From Malacoraja senta (lineage: Eukaryota): a DNA stretch of 64,000 nt. Positions within the stretch are counted from its first letter, which is position 1. Every line of letters begins with the position of its first letter. The stretch lies in the NCBI GenBank assembly GCA_038087875.1, contig CM075995.1, positions 7,194,001 to 7,258,000 of the forward strand. Direction: 5' to 3'. Below are positions 62,073 to 64,000 of this stretch, one piece after another. Made by a program: the position numbers and the translations under genes. The notes beneath the pieces were generated by a model, which was not told where the DNA came from, made no database searches, and saw only the letters and a program-made list of their open reading frames with translations.

Positions 62073-64000
62073 AAAATATCAGAGCCACAGAGTGATGCAG
62101 TGGAGACAGGCCGCTTCACCCCAACTTGCTCACCCCGGCCATCATGCCCCATCTACACTCGTCCCACCTGCCTGCCTTTGGCCCATATCCCTCCAAACCT
62201 GTCTAATTGTCTCGTTTACGTTATGATAGTCCCTGCCACATAAGAGGGGGATCTTATTGAAACATATAAGATTATTAAGGGTTCGGACACGCTAGAGGCA
62301 GGAAACATGTTCCCGATGTTGGGGGAGTCCAGAACCAGGGGCCACAGTTTAAGAATAAGGGGTAGGCCATTTAGAACGGAGGTGTGGAAACACTTTTTCA
62401 CACAAAGAGTTGTGAGTCTGTGGAATTCTCTGCCTCAGAGGGCGGTGGAGGCCGGTTCTCTGGATACTTTCTAGAGAGGGCTTGATAGGACTCTTAAAGA
62501 AAGCGGAGTCAGGGGATATGGGGAGAAGGCAGGAACGGGGTACGGATTGTGGATGATCAGCCATGATCACATTGAATGGCGGTGCTGGCTCGAAGGGCCG
62601 AATGGCCTGCTCCGGAATCCATTGTCTATTGTCTATTGTCTAACTACCTCCTCTGGCAGCTCGTTCCATACACCCACCCTCCTCTATGTAAAAAAGCCGC
62701 CCCTCAGGTTCCTATTAAATCTCTCCTCCCTCACCTCAAACCTATGTCCTCTGGTTCTCGATTCCAATACTCTAGGCAAGAGACTCTGTGCATTTACCCG
62801 ATCTATTCCTCTCATATTCCTCTATAAGATCACCCCTCATCCTCCTGTGCTCCAAGGAATAAATTCCTAGCCTCTGCCTCAGGCCCTCGAGTCCTGGCAA
62901 CATCCATGTAAAACTTCTCCGCACTCTTTCCCAGCTTGGCAACACCTTCCCTTTAACAGGGTACCAAAATGAATCTCAATTGGGAAGAACAGTGGGACAG
63001 TTTTCCAACAGAGAGTGGAGATTGAGAAACTCCTGGTTACAGGACATGAAAATACAAAATGACACTTCCTCATTCAAGAGTAATGCAAAGAAAGTCCTTC
63101 ATTAACATTAGTCAATGCGCACATTTCACCATCCTAAAGGGCCCAGTAACGTTATTGTAATCTGTCGAGTGCTTAACCTTACAAGAGCACAATTGCTGCC
63201 CACAGAGTCACACCGTTGTGGAAACCTTCGGCCCCACACCGGCCAACATGTCCCAGCTATAATAGTCCCACATTTGGCCCACATTTACTCTAGCTCTTCC
63301 TGTCATGGTTCTGTATGCCTCTGCAAAGATCTCCCCTCATCCTCCTGCACTCCAAGGGGATAAGATCCCAGCCTACTCAACCTCTCCCGATAGCTCGGAC
63401 CCTTGAGTCCTGGCGACATCCTCATAAATCTTCTCTTCACCCTTTATGGTTTAATCTTTTCAATGACAAAATCTGAACTCAACACTCTAAATGTGGCCTC
63501 GCCAACGTCTTATACAACTGCAAAATGACCTTCCAACTACTCTACTCAATCAATCAAAAAATAAAAAAAACCTTATTGTCATTCAGAAATACATCAGTAA
63601 ATGCAATTCTAAACGGAATTTCGTTGCATCCGGCTCCCCGCGCAACACAAACATAACAGAAGGATTAAATGGATAAAAAGATAAAATGGATAAAAAGATC
63701 AAATAGATAATGGTGGCGGCACATTACATGGCATTCAAGAGTCTGATGGCTCGGGGGAAGAAGCTGTTGCAAAACCTGGCCATTCTGCTCCTTATACTGT
63801 GATACCTTTTGCCCGAGAGCAGCAGAGTGTACAGTCCATGATGGAGATGTGGAATGGAATGCTATTTATTGTCATTCAAACCTAGGTTTGAACGAAATTT
63901 CATTTACTACAGTTTTTACATTACAAAACCCCCCCCAAAAAACCCAAGACCCACACTTAACACAGTTTACACAAACATCCATCACAGTGAGTCTCCAACA

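Overview
Vertebrate genomic DNA, most likely from a cartilaginous fish (skate/ray-like). This is inferred from the repeat content: HE1-like V-SINEs sharing 3' tails with CR1/HER1-like LINEs. Only one host coding exon is recognisable: the first coding exon (6992-7436, +) of a y+LAT-type SLC7 amino-acid transporter, closest to SLC7A7. No downstream SLC7 exon is visible, so the rest is probably a very large intron, but two 200-N gaps (26668-26867, 60785-60984) make continuity uncertain. Most of the window is nested transposon debris: 5'-truncated CR1 LINEs of several subfamilies, V-SINEs, L2 ends, one near-full-length Rex1/Babar LINE with a TSD, an IR/DR-type Tc1 transposon, hAT and PIF/Harbinger-type MITEs with TSDs, and GC-rich non-autonomous retroposons. 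The most interesting signal is an abundant Penelope-like terminal repeat carrying a minimal type I hammerhead-ribozyme-like core (CTGAnGA-stem II-GAAACGTC), found as inverted pairs and 66-bp tandem arrays. There are also several short-range duplications of TE-TE junctions and one duplicated non-TE element. Nearly all ORFs in the supplied track are TE fragments or spurious. Family assignments are from motif recognition, not database searches.
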